Made by a program: the position numbers and the translations under genes
Assembly: GCA_002269645.1 (NCBI GenBank)
Contig: NIVC01000010.1
Coordinates: forward strand, 496,001-560,000
From: Macrostomum lignano
Taxonomy: Eukaryota
DNA: 64,000 nt
Reading direction: 5' to 3'
Shown: positions 25,570 to 36,568 of the stretch, one piece after another
How positions within the stretch are numbered: the stretch's first letter is position 1
How the letters are laid out: each line of letters starts with the position of its first letter
The notes under the pieces: generated by a model
What the model was told of the DNA's origin: nothing
The model's database searches: none
What the model saw: the letters and a program-made list of their open reading frames with translations, nothing else

Positions 25570-26090
25570 TATAAAGAATGGTGTGATGTGGATGTTGCAA
25601 GGAACAAAGGGTAGAGAAAGGCGTGATGCGGGTGTTGCAAGGGACGAAGAGGTAGAGAAAGGCGTGATGCGGGTTTTGCAAGGAACAGAGGGGTAGAGAA
25701 TGGCGTGAGGTGGGTTTTGCAAGGAACAGAGGGGTAGAGAATGGCGTGAGGTGGGTTTTGCAAGGAACAGAGGGGTAGAGAATGGCGTGAGGTGGGTTTT
25801 GCAAGGAACAGAGGGGTAGCGAATGGCGTGAGGTGGGTGTTGCAAGGGACAGAGGGGTAGAGAATGGTGTGAGGTGGGTATTGCAAGGGACAGAGGGGTA
25901 GAGAATGGCGTGAGGTGGGTGTTGCAAGGGACAGAGGGGTAGAGAATGGTGTGAGGTGGGTATTGCAAGGGACAGAGGGGTAGAGAATGGCGTGAGGTGG
26001 GTGTCTCAAGGGACAGAGGGGTAGGGAAAGGCGTGAGGTGGGTGTTGCAAGAGACAGAGGGTTAGAGAATGGCGTGAGGCGAGTAGATAA
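25570..26090. repeat. 41-bp minisatellite family, array 3 (inverted), inside the neuropeptide intron
   Basis: Reverse complement of the array 1/2 unit (GTAGAGAATGGCGTGAGGTGGGTGTTGCAAGGGACAGAGGG). Confidence 0.9.
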
Positions 26091-26119
26091 AAATAGCGGC
26101 AACTTTAAATCTATTTTAG

Positions 26120-26224
26120 GCTCAACCCTCTAAAGCGATCGGACCGTCGAACGGAAATCCAAAACCTGGTCCAGACTTTGGCGCGCATCAAAGCCAGCAG
26201 AGATTTTCTTAGCCAACGAATCAG
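26120..26224 (+). CDS. Neuropeptide precursor, coding exon 2 (KR cleavage site plus most of the mature peptide)
   Basis: CTATTTTAG|G...ATC AG|GTAACT; 105 nt, phase 2 on both sides: (R)LNPLKRSDRRTEIQNLVQTLARIKASRDFLSQRI(R). Confidence 0.75.
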
Positions 26225-26339
26225 GTAACTTTGACCTGGGGATTAGAGGGCTCGCTAAGACGCCGCCCTCTTTTATAATTATGTATCAGCTTATACTTAG
26301 ATTATACTTAGATACCCATTCTTTTGACATCCAGATCTG

Positions 26340-27400
26340 ACTCACAGGTATTCTGACACATGGTCGTTCTGACACGCAGGTATTTTTAACACACAGGTAT
26401 TCTGACACACATGTACTCTGACACACATGTATTTTGACACGCGCAGGTATTCTGGCACACAGGTATTCTGACACAGGTATTCTGACATACGGGTGTTCTG
26501 ACAAACATCTATTCTGACACACAGGTATTCTGACACACAGGTATTCTGACACACAGGTATTCTGACACACAGGTATTCTAACACACAGGTATTCAGACAC
26601 ACAGGTGTTCAGACACACAGGTGTTCAGACACACAGGTATTCTGACACACAGGTGTTCTGACAAACAGGTATTCTGAGACACAGGTGTTCTGACACACAG
26701 GTATTCTGACACACAGGTGTTCTGACACACAGGTATTCAGACACACAGGTGTTCAGACACACAGGTGTTCAGACACACAGGTATTCAGACACACACGTAT
26801 TCTGACACACAGGTATTCTGAGACACAGGTGTTCTGACACACAGGTATTCTGAGACACAGGTGTTCTGACACACAGGTATTCTGAGACACAGGTGTTCTG
26901 ACACACAGGTATTCTGACACACAGGTATTCTGACACACAGGTGTTCTGACACACAGGTATTCAGACACACAGGTGTTCAGACACACAGGTGTTCAGACAC
27001 ACAGGTGTTCAGACACACAGGTGTTCAGACACACAGGTATTCAGACACACAGGTGTTCTGACAAACAGGTATTCTGAGACACAGGTGTTCTGACACACAG
27101 GTATTCTGACACACAGGTGTTCTGACACACAGGTATTCAGACACACAGGTGTTCAGACACACATGTGTTCAGACACACAGGTATTCAGACACACACGTAT
27201 TCTGACACACAGGTATTCTGAGACACAGGTGTTCTGACACACAGGTATTCTGAGACACAGGTGTTCTGACACACAGGTATTCTGAGACACAGGTGTTCTG
27301 ACACACAGGTATTCTGACACACAGGTGTTCTGACACACAGGTGTTCTGACACACAGGTATTCAGACAAACAGGTATTCAGACACACAGGTATTTTGAGAC
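26340..27400. repeat. 16-bp minisatellite (GTATTCTGACACACAG) with a 400-bp higher-order duplication
   Basis: Direct observation. ORFs 26753/27153 and 26769/27169 are offset by 400. Confidence 0.95.
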
Positions 27401-27517
27401 CCCAATCTTATCACCTTCGTGACACCAAAGCATTTTTGTTAAATGTCAGTGAGGAACTATTTTGAAATCATCAAAATAAAATAAATGACAATTTTCAACA
27501 TAAAATCTCTATTCCAG

Positions 27518-27527
27518 AATGGGTTAA
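27518..27527 (+). CDS. Neuropeptide precursor, candidate last coding exon (completes R, then M-G-stop; Gly is the amidation donor)
   Basis: AATCTCTATTCCAG|A ATG GGT TAA, with AATAAA near 27750 downstream. It is the best acceptor found by eye. Confidence 0.5.
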
Positions 27528-27879
27528 CTTGACAAACAATTCGAAGAAGTTCCGCTACCACCAAAAGCCGTGAAATCTCTTAACAGCCGAGCCGATTTCT
27601 ATATGTAGACTGTGACCAACGTTGAACTTGTGGCCAATTAACTTAATTTTAGTAATGTCGAAAATCCTAAATTAATTATCTCATTATTTGTCAACACTAT
27701 CTTTATCTAATAAGATTTGCAAATCTGATTGAAAAAATATAATAATGAATAAATAAATTCTTTTAAAGGCCATCCTGCATGATTGTTGTTCACAGCGCTT
27801 TCTCTAACTTATAGCGCTGTGCGGGCAAACTGTACTTCGATAGCCTTCATTGTTTTCACAAGCTAACATATGGGATGTA

Positions 27880-29612
27880 CTAACAGGTGATGCCTCAGTC
27901 TAACAGGTGATGTCTCAGTCTAACAGGTGATGCCTCAGTCTAACAGGTGATGCCCCAATCTAACAGGTGATGCCCCAGTCTAACAGGTGATGTCCCAGTC
28001 TAACAGGTGCTGCCTCAGTCTAACAGGTGATGCCCCAGTCTAACAGGTGATGCCCCAGTCTAACAGGTGATGTCCCAGTCTAACAGGTGCTGCCTCAGTC
28101 TAACAGGTGATGCCTCAGTCTAACAGGTGATGCCCCAATCTAACAGGTGATGCCCCAGTCTAACAGGTGATGTCCCAGTCTAACAGGTGCTGCCTCAGTC
28201 TAACAGGTGCTGCCTCAGTCTAACAGGTGATGCCCCAGTCTAACAGGTGATGCCCCAGTCTAACAGGTGATGCCCCAGTCTAACAGGTGATGCCCCAGTC
28301 TAACAGGTGATGTCCCAGTCTAACAGGTGCTGCCTCAGTCTAACAGGTGATGCCCCAGTCTAACAGGTGATGCCCCAGTCTAACAGGTGATATCCCAATC
28401 TAACAGGTGATGCCCCAGTCTAACAGGTGATAGCCTCAGTCTAACAGGTGATACCCCAATCTAACAGGTGATGCCTCAGTCTAACAGGTGATGTCTCAGT
28501 CTAACAGGTGCTGCCTCAGTCTAACAGGTGATGCCCCAGTCTAACAGGTGCTAAATCAATGTAACAGGTGATGCCCCAGTCTAACAGGTGCTGCCCCAGT
28601 CTAACAGGTGCTGCCTCAGTCTAACAGGTGATGCCTCAGTCTAACAGGTGATGCCTCAGTCTAACAGGTGCTGCCTCAGTCTAACAGGTGATGCCCCAGT
28701 CTAACAGGTGCTGCCTCAGTCTAACAGGTGCTGCCTCAGTCTAACAGGTGATGCCCCAGTCTAACAGGTGATAGCCTCAGTCTAACAGGTGATGCCCCAG
28801 TCTAACAGGTGATAGCCTCAGTCTAACAGGTGATGCCCCAGTCTAACAGGTGATGCCCCAATCTAACAGGTGATGTCCCAGTCTAACAGGTGATGCCCCA
28901 ATCTAACAGGTGATGCCCCAGTCTAACAGGTGATGCCCCAGTCTAACAGGTGATGTCTCAGTCTAACAGGTGCTGCCTCAGTCTAACAGGTGATGTCCCA
29001 GTCTAACAGGTGCTGCCTCAGTCTAACAGGTGATGCCCCAATCTAACAGGTGATGCCCCAGTCTAACAGGTGATAGCCTCAGTCTAACAGGTGCTGCCTC
29101 AGTCTAACATGTGATGCCCCAATCTAACAGGTGATGCCCCAGTCTAACAGGTGATGCCCCAGTCTAACAGGTGATGCCCCAGTCTAACAGGTGATGCCCC
29201 AGTCTAACAGGTGATGCCCCAGTCTAACAGGTGATGCCCCAATCTAACAGGTGATGTCTCAGTCTAACAGGTGCTGCCTCAGTCTAACAGGTGATGTCCC
29301 AGTCTAACAGGTGCTGCCTCAGTCTAACAGGTGATGCCCCAATCTAACAGGTGATGCCCCAGTCTAACAGGTGATAGCCTCAGTCTAACAGGTGATGCCC
29401 CAGTCTAACAGGTGATGCCCCAGTCTAACAGGTGATGCCCCAATCTAACAGGTGATGCCCCAGTCTAACAGGTGATGCCCCAGTCTAACAGGTGATGCCC
29501 CAGTCTAACAGGTGATGCGTCAGTCTAACAGGTGATGCCTCAGTCTAACAGGTGATGCCTCAGTCTAACAGGTGATGCCTCAGTCTAACAGGTGATGCCT
29601 CAGTATAACAGG
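27880..29612. repeat. 20-bp minisatellite (TCTAACAGGTGATGCCCCAG), about 85 copies
   Basis: Direct observation. Confidence 0.96.
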
Positions 29613-30299
29613 TTCTGCTTCCAATCATTGAAGAGTGGTAAAAGAATATTCGGCTACTTACGAATCCTAAGGAAATTGTCACATTTTAACAAGATTAACG
29701 CGATGTAGGCTTCAATCAAATTGATTGAATTCTGGCAGAACAGCACAAGTGAGATTGAAGCCCCTGTAAAATAAGCAAAATATCGTCGATATTTTTGTTA
29801 ATTTTTCAATTGTATTTGGGTGCTTTGTTGACGCCCTGATGCTAAAAAATTGAGTGCAAATTTTCTCTTCAATAACTGTAAACAGACACCCGACTGCTGC
29901 ATAACAAAGGCACTCTCAATTTGTTAAAAGCAGAGAGTATTCAACGCTTGGAAATCCATTGTCGCTTTTCCATCCATTACTCTACTGTTAAAAAAAGCCG
30001 CTGTTTAAATTTTTGCCACGTAAAACAGTAAAAAAATGATTCATAAATAATTTAAAAATGTGGCCATACATTCATTTAAGTAGAAATCAAATATCAATTA
30101 AAATGATTGCGGAATGAATGGGACTTGACTGTCTGCTTGGCCTCGCTGGCTGCGGGCGAACGTGAAGTGAAGTTTTTGGTGAGTCCACTTGCACTGAACA
30201 GAGCTGGCCGATCTATTTGATGATGCATGCGTTTCACCATGCATAGCAATAACAATAATTGCAGGAGGCACCCTGGCGCAACGCCTTGGGCGACATTTT

Positions 30300-30608
30300 A
30301 ATATAATAATAATATAATTGATTACACCTGCCCCCAATCGGGCCAGATGTGCAACCGACAGCTCAGCCGCAGCTATTGCGCGGTGCATCTGAAGGCTGCG
30401 TACGGCTGTTCGGTCCAATGACTGGGGGTTCACCACACACACCCTCAGTTATTACCCCAGCTAATGCTGGCACCCATTTTATAGCTGAGTGAACTGAAGC
30501 AATGCAGACCTACGTGTCTTGCTCAAGGACACAAATTGCTCCAGTGGAATCGAGAATCGAATCCCCGACCTTCAAGTCTTGAGTCCGACACTAACTACTA
30601 GGCTACAA
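30300..30608 (-). mobile_element. tRNA-derived SINE
   Basis: The minus strand reads GTAGCCTAGTAGTTAG (A-box-like)...GGGGATTCGATTC (B-box-like), then a core TGTGTCCTTGAGCAAGACAC...GTTCACTCAGCTATAAAATGGGTGCCAGC, and ends in an (ATT)n tail. Confidence 0.72.
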
Positions 30609-31430
30609 CCCCTAGTGGCAGTGGTACCCCTAGTTGTAACCAACCCCTTGGCTTTAACATGCGTAATTCTCGTACTTCTACACTAATGCATATGGAAATG
30701 CATGTGCTGCTTATAGATTCGCCATAATATGATACCACAGACACTATTAAAATCTGTTTAAATTTAGTGGCACAAATAACAAAGCAGACTCTCTTTCAGA
30801 CAGACTTTGAACCACAGAGCGTGATTTACTAACTAATACCAATTAGGTTCTGTACTTTAGACTAATATAAATATTTATTGAACACTTTTAATAACCTTTC
30901 CCACCGCTGAAGGTTGGTACACTGTAAAAAATATGTGGCCGAAAAAGTGGCAAAAAAGTGGCCGAACGCAAGTGGACATTTAGTGGCCGAGAGTGTCCCA
31001 CGTACGGCCACTAAAAAGCGGCCACTATAATTAAGTGGCCGAAAGCGGCCACTATTTATGTGGCCGAAAGCGGCTGTTTAAAAGATACCCGTACTTTTCC
31101 GTGCACTATCCAGCCCAATGTTTGCCCATCGTTAATAATTTCTCTCTGATGCCGATTTCTTGCATGGAATGGATATAATATATTTTAAAAGAAATAAGAA
31201 TATATACTAGAAGGACATTCAGAAACGAATTACATTGCTACATAAGCATGCACATAATATAGTTAAATGCTTGACGAAAGTTATACTATATTTTTAGCAA
31301 GCACGTTAGAATTTTTATTTTAAACAAAACAGTTCGAGTATACAGATGGGAATTTTCATAAAAACGCAAGCAATATGACGCAATAAAACGCTAAGAACGA
31401 CCTTGATTGTAGCGGACGAATGGCATATGG

Positions 31431-31772
31431 CAAATGCAAAAAGTGACATCGGAGATTAAAGAAATATTAGTGACGAATGAATAATTAAACATTTATTTTT
31501 AACCGGAAAATTACGTAACACTTTTTCTTGATAATTCTGGCGATGCAAAAGTATTGCCAAAGTAATCGCTCGGTGATTAAAAATCGCAGCAGTGCCAACA
31601 CTGGCCCAGTTAGAGAATGGCATAGCAAATGCAAAGTGACATCGGAGATTAAAGAAATATTAGTGACGAATGAATAATTAAACATTTATTTTTAACCGAA
31701 AAATTACGTAACACTTTTTCTTGATAATTCTGGCGATGCAAAAGTATTGCCAAAGTAATCGCTCGGTGATTA
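31431..31772. repeat. About 150-bp direct duplication in the 3' region of the EnSpm element
   Basis: GCAAATGCAAA..GTGACATCGGAG...ATCGCTCGGTGATTA occurs at about 31431-31579 and 31625-31772. Confidence 0.85.
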
Positions 31773-31975
31773 TAAGTTAGAGAATTGTCTGCATTACATT
31801 GGCAACACATTAACAGTCGTCCGGATGGTCTGGTTGGTGGCACGTTTCGGGTTTCTCAGCTTGAAAAATATTTCGATTGTTTCTAGTACATTCTCGGTTC
31901 GGGGATCGTGCTTTAGATTCAAGGCTAAGAAGGCCAGAACGTACACTAGAATTGACTCCAGTGTAGATTCAGTCT

Positions 31976-33481
31976 TCACCGTGGTGCTTGAAACACGCAC
32001 ACCCTCCAACGACCATCGGAACTCGACGCTGCCTGGTCCGAAACGATACTAATAAGGCGATTGCCGTCGAAAAGGGCGTCAAGGTTTATCACTTTTGCCT
32101 TGATAGCAAGCAGCATGAACCCGTTTCGAGCTACCACTTCCGGATCATCGGAAGGTTTTAAAAACGCCTTGGCCCGATTCGATCTAATGAACAGTTGCGA
32201 GCTGCCACATAGCCAAAGTGTCAGGCTGCGCAATTTGTTTAATAGTGTACCGGAAGTGCAATCCGGCGGCAAATAGTCAGATTTATGGCAGCTTGAGTAC
32301 ACTTTGACGACCCGAAGGGCTTCTTCGCATAAAAGCTGCGAATTTGCAAGCAGTGGAAACGCCTTAAATTGTTCGTCAAGAGTCATGCTCTGTGCTGCGT
32401 GAACTCGATCATTGAAGGATGCCGCCATGGCTTCGGATGCCTCCTTTATCGGTATTAAGAGTTGCCCATCTTTAATCATGGCCTGCATGCTCTCAATTGA
32501 GTCAGGCAAAGGCGCTCCGCACTCTTTGTGCACCGAGTTGCCAATCATGGACGTTATGTCACTTGCTCGGCAATTAGCTTCAGACTCTGAATCACTGCTC
32601 GACTCTTCGTCACTAATCTCTCTATTCTCAGCCTCGTTTGAAGCGTCCGAGTCATCTGGCGAAGCAGGCCGCTTTTGCCGACTGCCTGTGTTATTACTAT
32701 TCAGCTTTGATAGTCTTTGTTTGCCAAACTTTTCTCTCATAGAGAGAACTTTTGGTGGTAGGTTGGCGTCGGCTACGAATGTTTTTTCTCGCCAAAATTT
32801 TATACGGCGACGAATATGGATTCGCCAAAAACTGTGGCCAGCCACGGTATTAATATCGGCAAGATATGGGAACTTTCCCACGATGGAACTTGAAAAAACT
32901 TTTAGCTCTGTTGATTTTAGATGCGGCTTGTCGGCACCCATGTAGTTCGAAACGATATCATTTACAATTGGACGAAGAAGGGCATTAATAAATGTGGCGT
33001 CCATCATTAGTTTGCCAGCCTTCTCCCGAGAATTAGCTGCCTCGATTCGGGCAACAAAGTCGGCAGGGAATTGAGGCAGCTTATAAACGGCTGGCACACT
33101 ATGGACAGCGTTTGGACAGTTTTGGACAGCATGGACAGGTTCCGATGTTGTTGCATTTGCTGCAGCAGCAGGAGCAGCTGTTAAAAGTTGTGTATCTTCG
33201 CAAGCCGTTGAGTGCAGCAGTGCGTCAGCAGGCTGTGTCAGAGCTACAAATGCGAACGTCTGTGAAGGCATTTCATCAATCACAGCCTTCCAGATAGTCT
33301 CATCATGAATCTCGAAGCCATCTTCAGTCGTCACCGTCATACCGACTGGGTCGATTTGTAGTGCTTGGCAACCAGCCGCTACAAATTCGGTGAATATGCC
33401 ACTGGACTGAATTAGCACCTTCTTCTTTCTGTCCGCCGTTGAAACTCGATATAATGGCATGACAGGGCCAACAGATTGCAT
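31976..33481 (-). CDS. EnSpm accessory ORF2 (501 aa; C-terminus probably continues in another frame to 31794)
   Basis: Open frame inside the TIRs. The N-terminal CIDE-N/PB1-like segment (VTTEDGFEIHDE) resembles the second ORFs of animal EnSpm elements (from memory). Confidence 0.7.
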   Translation of the reverse strand: MQSVGPVMPLYRVSTADRKKKVLIQSSGIFTEFVAAGCQALQIDPVGMTVTTEDGFEIHDETIWKAVIDEMPSQTFAFVALTQPADALLHSTACEDTQLLTAAPAAAANATTSEPVHAVQNCPNAVHSVPAVYKLPQFPADFVARIEAANSREKAGKLMMDATFINALLRPIVNDIVSNYMGADKPHLKSTELKVFSSSIVGKFPYLADINTVAGHSFWRIHIRRRIKFWREKTFVADANLPPKVLSMREKFGKQRLSKLNSNNTGSRQKRPASPDDSDASNEAENREISDEESSSDSESEANCRASDITSMIGNSVHKECGAPLPDSIESMQAMIKDGQLLIPIKEASEAMAASFNDRVHAAQSMTLDEQFKAFPLLANSQLLCEEALRVVKVYSSCHKSDYLPPDCTSGTLLNKLRSLTLWLCGSSQLFIRSNRAKAFLKPSDDPEVVARNGFMLLAIKAKVINLDALFDGNRLISIVSDQAASSSDGRWRVCVFQAPR

Positions 33482-33886
33482 CGGGTGTATAGATTGAATA
33501 GTTGATATAACTAGTAATTATAGTAGTCCTAGTATATTGCCATTGTGTGCATTGCTTAATATACTATATTTTTAGTATTTTTTTTATCACTTATGTTGGT
33601 TGATTAAATAAAGTTACCCGCCCTTAGACATCAGTTGGACTAAATATATTGGCACTCACTCGTTAATGTTAGTGTTGACATTTTGTTTCCTGTTATTTAC
33701 TTTTGTGGAACATTTAATGAGATTTTAATCTAGCACTATAATTGGAGCCATGCTGTGACCCTTTTAAATATCTTTCTGTGTGCCCAGTATGATTTTATAG
33801 TAGTTTTGATCACAATGGAATCATAATATTTTTTGTCTCTGCTTTGGTTTTTTAAGTCTTCATTTTCTGTTGTCTCAAATTTTAAA

Positions 33887-36568
33887 TTAGATAGGAGGAA
33901 AAGAAGAGAAAATTGCATAGTGCTTTCCAGCAATTATGTCTACAAAAACAGGAGGATGCAAAAACTGCCTTTTTGGGTCCATGATATGCATAATTGATAC
34001 AGGTTCACAGAAATAACTAAAATATGATGGCAAATAAACAGATTTACATTCTTTAACAATTAGCAGCCAATTTCCCATAATGCAAATAATTTTCCAAACA
34101 TAAAATAAAATTGGATCTCCCACTGGGCTTAGTTTTTCGAAAACAACCATATATTTTGTTGTTGTTGGGGCTTTAAATTCCATGGAAGCAAATTTTAGGC
34201 TACTTGTCACCATACAATCAGCTGGTAAACTATCTAAACTACCTAAATCTAAAAAGCTGGCTACCAAATACATTGTATCTACATCTAAAATATCTTTAAT
34301 ACTAACTTGCTGAACACTTGATACAGAGCATGTACACAAATTAATTTCATTTGATGTTGTAATTGCTTTTCGTAGCTGATACCTTTGTGCAGCAGTAAAG
34401 CACACATTTTTAAAGCAACGGAGGACTGGAATAATATGCTTAAAATATTGGTGCATGGCCTCAAAGCGCATAGTCCAGGCTACTTTAAGACCATTATAAA
34501 ATGGGATAAGATGTGAATAATGAAGAAAATAGTGTAATTTACATTTCTTTGCTAACTGACCATTAGACACGGTTGATATTAATTGATTATGCTCCACAAT
34601 TAAATATTTAAGTGTGCTTAAATCATATTCAATAGGGGAATTAGATAGCAAAATAGACAAAAGTTCACAATGTAATAATAGCAGCCTCATAACACTGTTT
34701 TTCAATTTATTGTCAACATCATAGATGTAAGGCCCAAAATATAAAGGTATTCGATGAACCAAGACTATCATATCTGCTGCACAGAAGGGTAACTTATTAT
34801 TCTTTATATGACTAGGCAAGATTGCTGGCATAGACAAAGGAAAACTACATTTTAAAATAAATTTTATGTCATTAAAATTAAGAGCCTTTTCTTTCATTAG
34901 AAACTTAAAAGTAAGACAAACAACAAAATGTGAAATTCCTTCAAGTAGGTCATGAAAAAAGTCTGGTGGAAAAAAATAAGGCATTGTTACATATCCAAGA
35001 TTTAAAAAAGGACAGTCTTGCTTGATTCCAACTGCATCATCAACTTCCCAATCTGGATTTCTATTTTGCAATACATTTTCACATGTACAAAAATCATTAT
35101 CTGTTGCCTTAGCAGTGCAAAATCGACATATTTTACCTGACACAAAATTTGTTCCTATGCCAACAAGACTATTAATTGATAGATTGTCACCTACACAGAA
35201 GCAAGCAATTATAGGAATATTTATTTTATTGCTATTATCATTTAAACCATTAATAGGAATACCAAAATCATATAGATCATTTAATTCATCCATAACCGGT
35301 TCATATACGTCATTTAATGTAATTTTAACTAACTCATCACTTCCTTGAATACTTTTATATTTGACTAGGCTAATTAAAAAAAAGCTTTTCTCTTGAGATG
35401 CAATCTCAAAAGGAACATTTAATATTCTAGCATAAATTGCATATATTTTATGCTTACATCTTGCCTTACCTATTGGGTTAGCCACTTCAAATTCATCAGT
35501 ATATAAAGCTATATAAATAGCATTTTCAATTGGGGAATCAACAAGTGGAGCAATATAATTAATAAAATAAGAACTAGTAAAAAAAGGAGACTTATTTGCC
35601 AATGACCCATTAAAAATCAGATTCTTAAACGTAATATTTTGCAATGCAGCTTTTATACTTTCTCCAATTGGAATATAAATAATACTATGATATCTATCAT
35701 TGATATCAATTTTAATAGGTTCAACAAATGGAAAGTTGGCTTGGACATAGTTAAGAAGTTGATGCTCACTTGTTAAAATATTAAAGCAAGTATCAAAGAA
35801 TGATTCTAAGCATAAAAACTGATTAATTAATTGGATATCAATAGAACTACCATTGTCTAAACTATTATTCTTTTCTTCACAAAATTGACAAACAATATCT
35901 TTATATAATGTAGAAAATGTTGAAACTATATCTTTAACATCAGCAGTCAATGATTCACTAACTATATTAGAAAGACAAAAAAGGTCGCGACTACGAAGAT
36001 AAAAATGTACTAAATCAATGGCTACTTTTTGTTTTAAATCTTCTAATAACTCCCAAGAACCTTTATTGGGCCTATTATAGTTAAAATTAGTAACATTTAC
36101 ATGATTTTGAACCATTAGACCATGGTCATTGGCATTATGACTCAGAATATTCTTATCATTGGGTATTTTAATATGATTAGTCCCACTATTATTAGTAACT
36201 TCAATACTATCATCTTTATTAGACAAGGAAAATAAATTTTCTAATTCTAAAGGTTGCAATTCTTCTAACCCTTCTTCAGCTTTAGATTCTACTAAGCCAA
36301 GCTTAGGATTACAATGAAAACGTAATAAATGTTTAATCACCCCAGCTTTAGTTTTGCTTTTTAAATTGCAATGTTGGATAGGACAAAAGAAAGAATTTTC
36401 TCCAAGTCCAACTGAAGAAACTTGCAAGCATTCATGCTTGGCATGCTCAATAAAGCTTGGAGCTTGGTCAAAATTACGACCACATTTGCATGGGAACATC
36501 ATAAGAAAAATGAATACCAAGTGAATTTTTATAACTTTGAAGGAAAAGAAATATATTTCTGGTGCCAT
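33887..36568 (-). CDS. EnSpm/CMC transposase (893 aa, uninterrupted; true start may be MMFPCKC)
   Basis: N-terminal C2H2-like fingers; IALYTDEFEVANPIG...HKIYAIY; GDNL; CRFC; PDFFHDLLEG; KLHYFLHY; WTMRFEAMHQYFK. Confidence 0.92.
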   Translation of the reverse strand: MAPEIYFFSFKVIKIHLVFIFLMMFPCKCGRNFDQAPSFIEHAKHECLQVSSVGLGENSFFCPIQHCNLKSKTKAGVIKHLLRFHCNPKLGLVESKAEEGLEELQPLELENLFSLSNKDDSIEVTNNSGTNHIKIPNDKNILSHNANDHGLMVQNHVNVTNFNYNRPNKGSWELLEDLKQKVAIDLVHFYLRSRDLFCLSNIVSESLTADVKDIVSTFSTLYKDIVCQFCEEKNNSLDNGSSIDIQLINQFLCLESFFDTCFNILTSEHQLLNYVQANFPFVEPIKIDINDRYHSIIYIPIGESIKAALQNITFKNLIFNGSLANKSPFFTSSYFINYIAPLVDSPIENAIYIALYTDEFEVANPIGKARCKHKIYAIYARILNVPFEIASQEKSFFLISLVKYKSIQGSDELVKITLNDVYEPVMDELNDLYDFGIPINGLNDNSNKINIPIIACFCVGDNLSINSLVGIGTNFVSGKICRFCTAKATDNDFCTCENVLQNRNPDWEVDDAVGIKQDCPFLNLGYVTMPYFFPPDFFHDLLEGISHFVVCLTFKFLMKEKALNFNDIKFILKCSFPLSMPAILPSHIKNNKLPFCAADMIVLVHRIPLYFGPYIYDVDNKLKNSVMRLLLLHCELLSILLSNSPIEYDLSTLKYLIVEHNQLISTVSNGQLAKKCKLHYFLHYSHLIPFYNGLKVAWTMRFEAMHQYFKHIIPVLRCFKNVCFTAAQRYQLRKAITTSNEINLCTCSVSSVQQVSIKDILDVDTMYLVASFLDLGSLDSLPADCMVTSSLKFASMEFKAPTTTKYMVVFEKLSPVGDPILFYVWKIICIMGNWLLIVKECKSVYLPSYFSYFCEPVSIMHIMDPKRQFLHPPVFVDIIAGKHYAIFSSFPPI

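Noticed and set aside
27880-29612. CRISPR-like regular array (also 41660-42596 and 62405-63400)
   Set aside because: Units are contiguous with no unique spacers, there are no cas genes, and the context is eukaryotic.
30541-30608. Possible tRNA gene
   Set aside because: No full cloverleaf; it continues into a SINE core and tail, so it is annotated as a SINE head.
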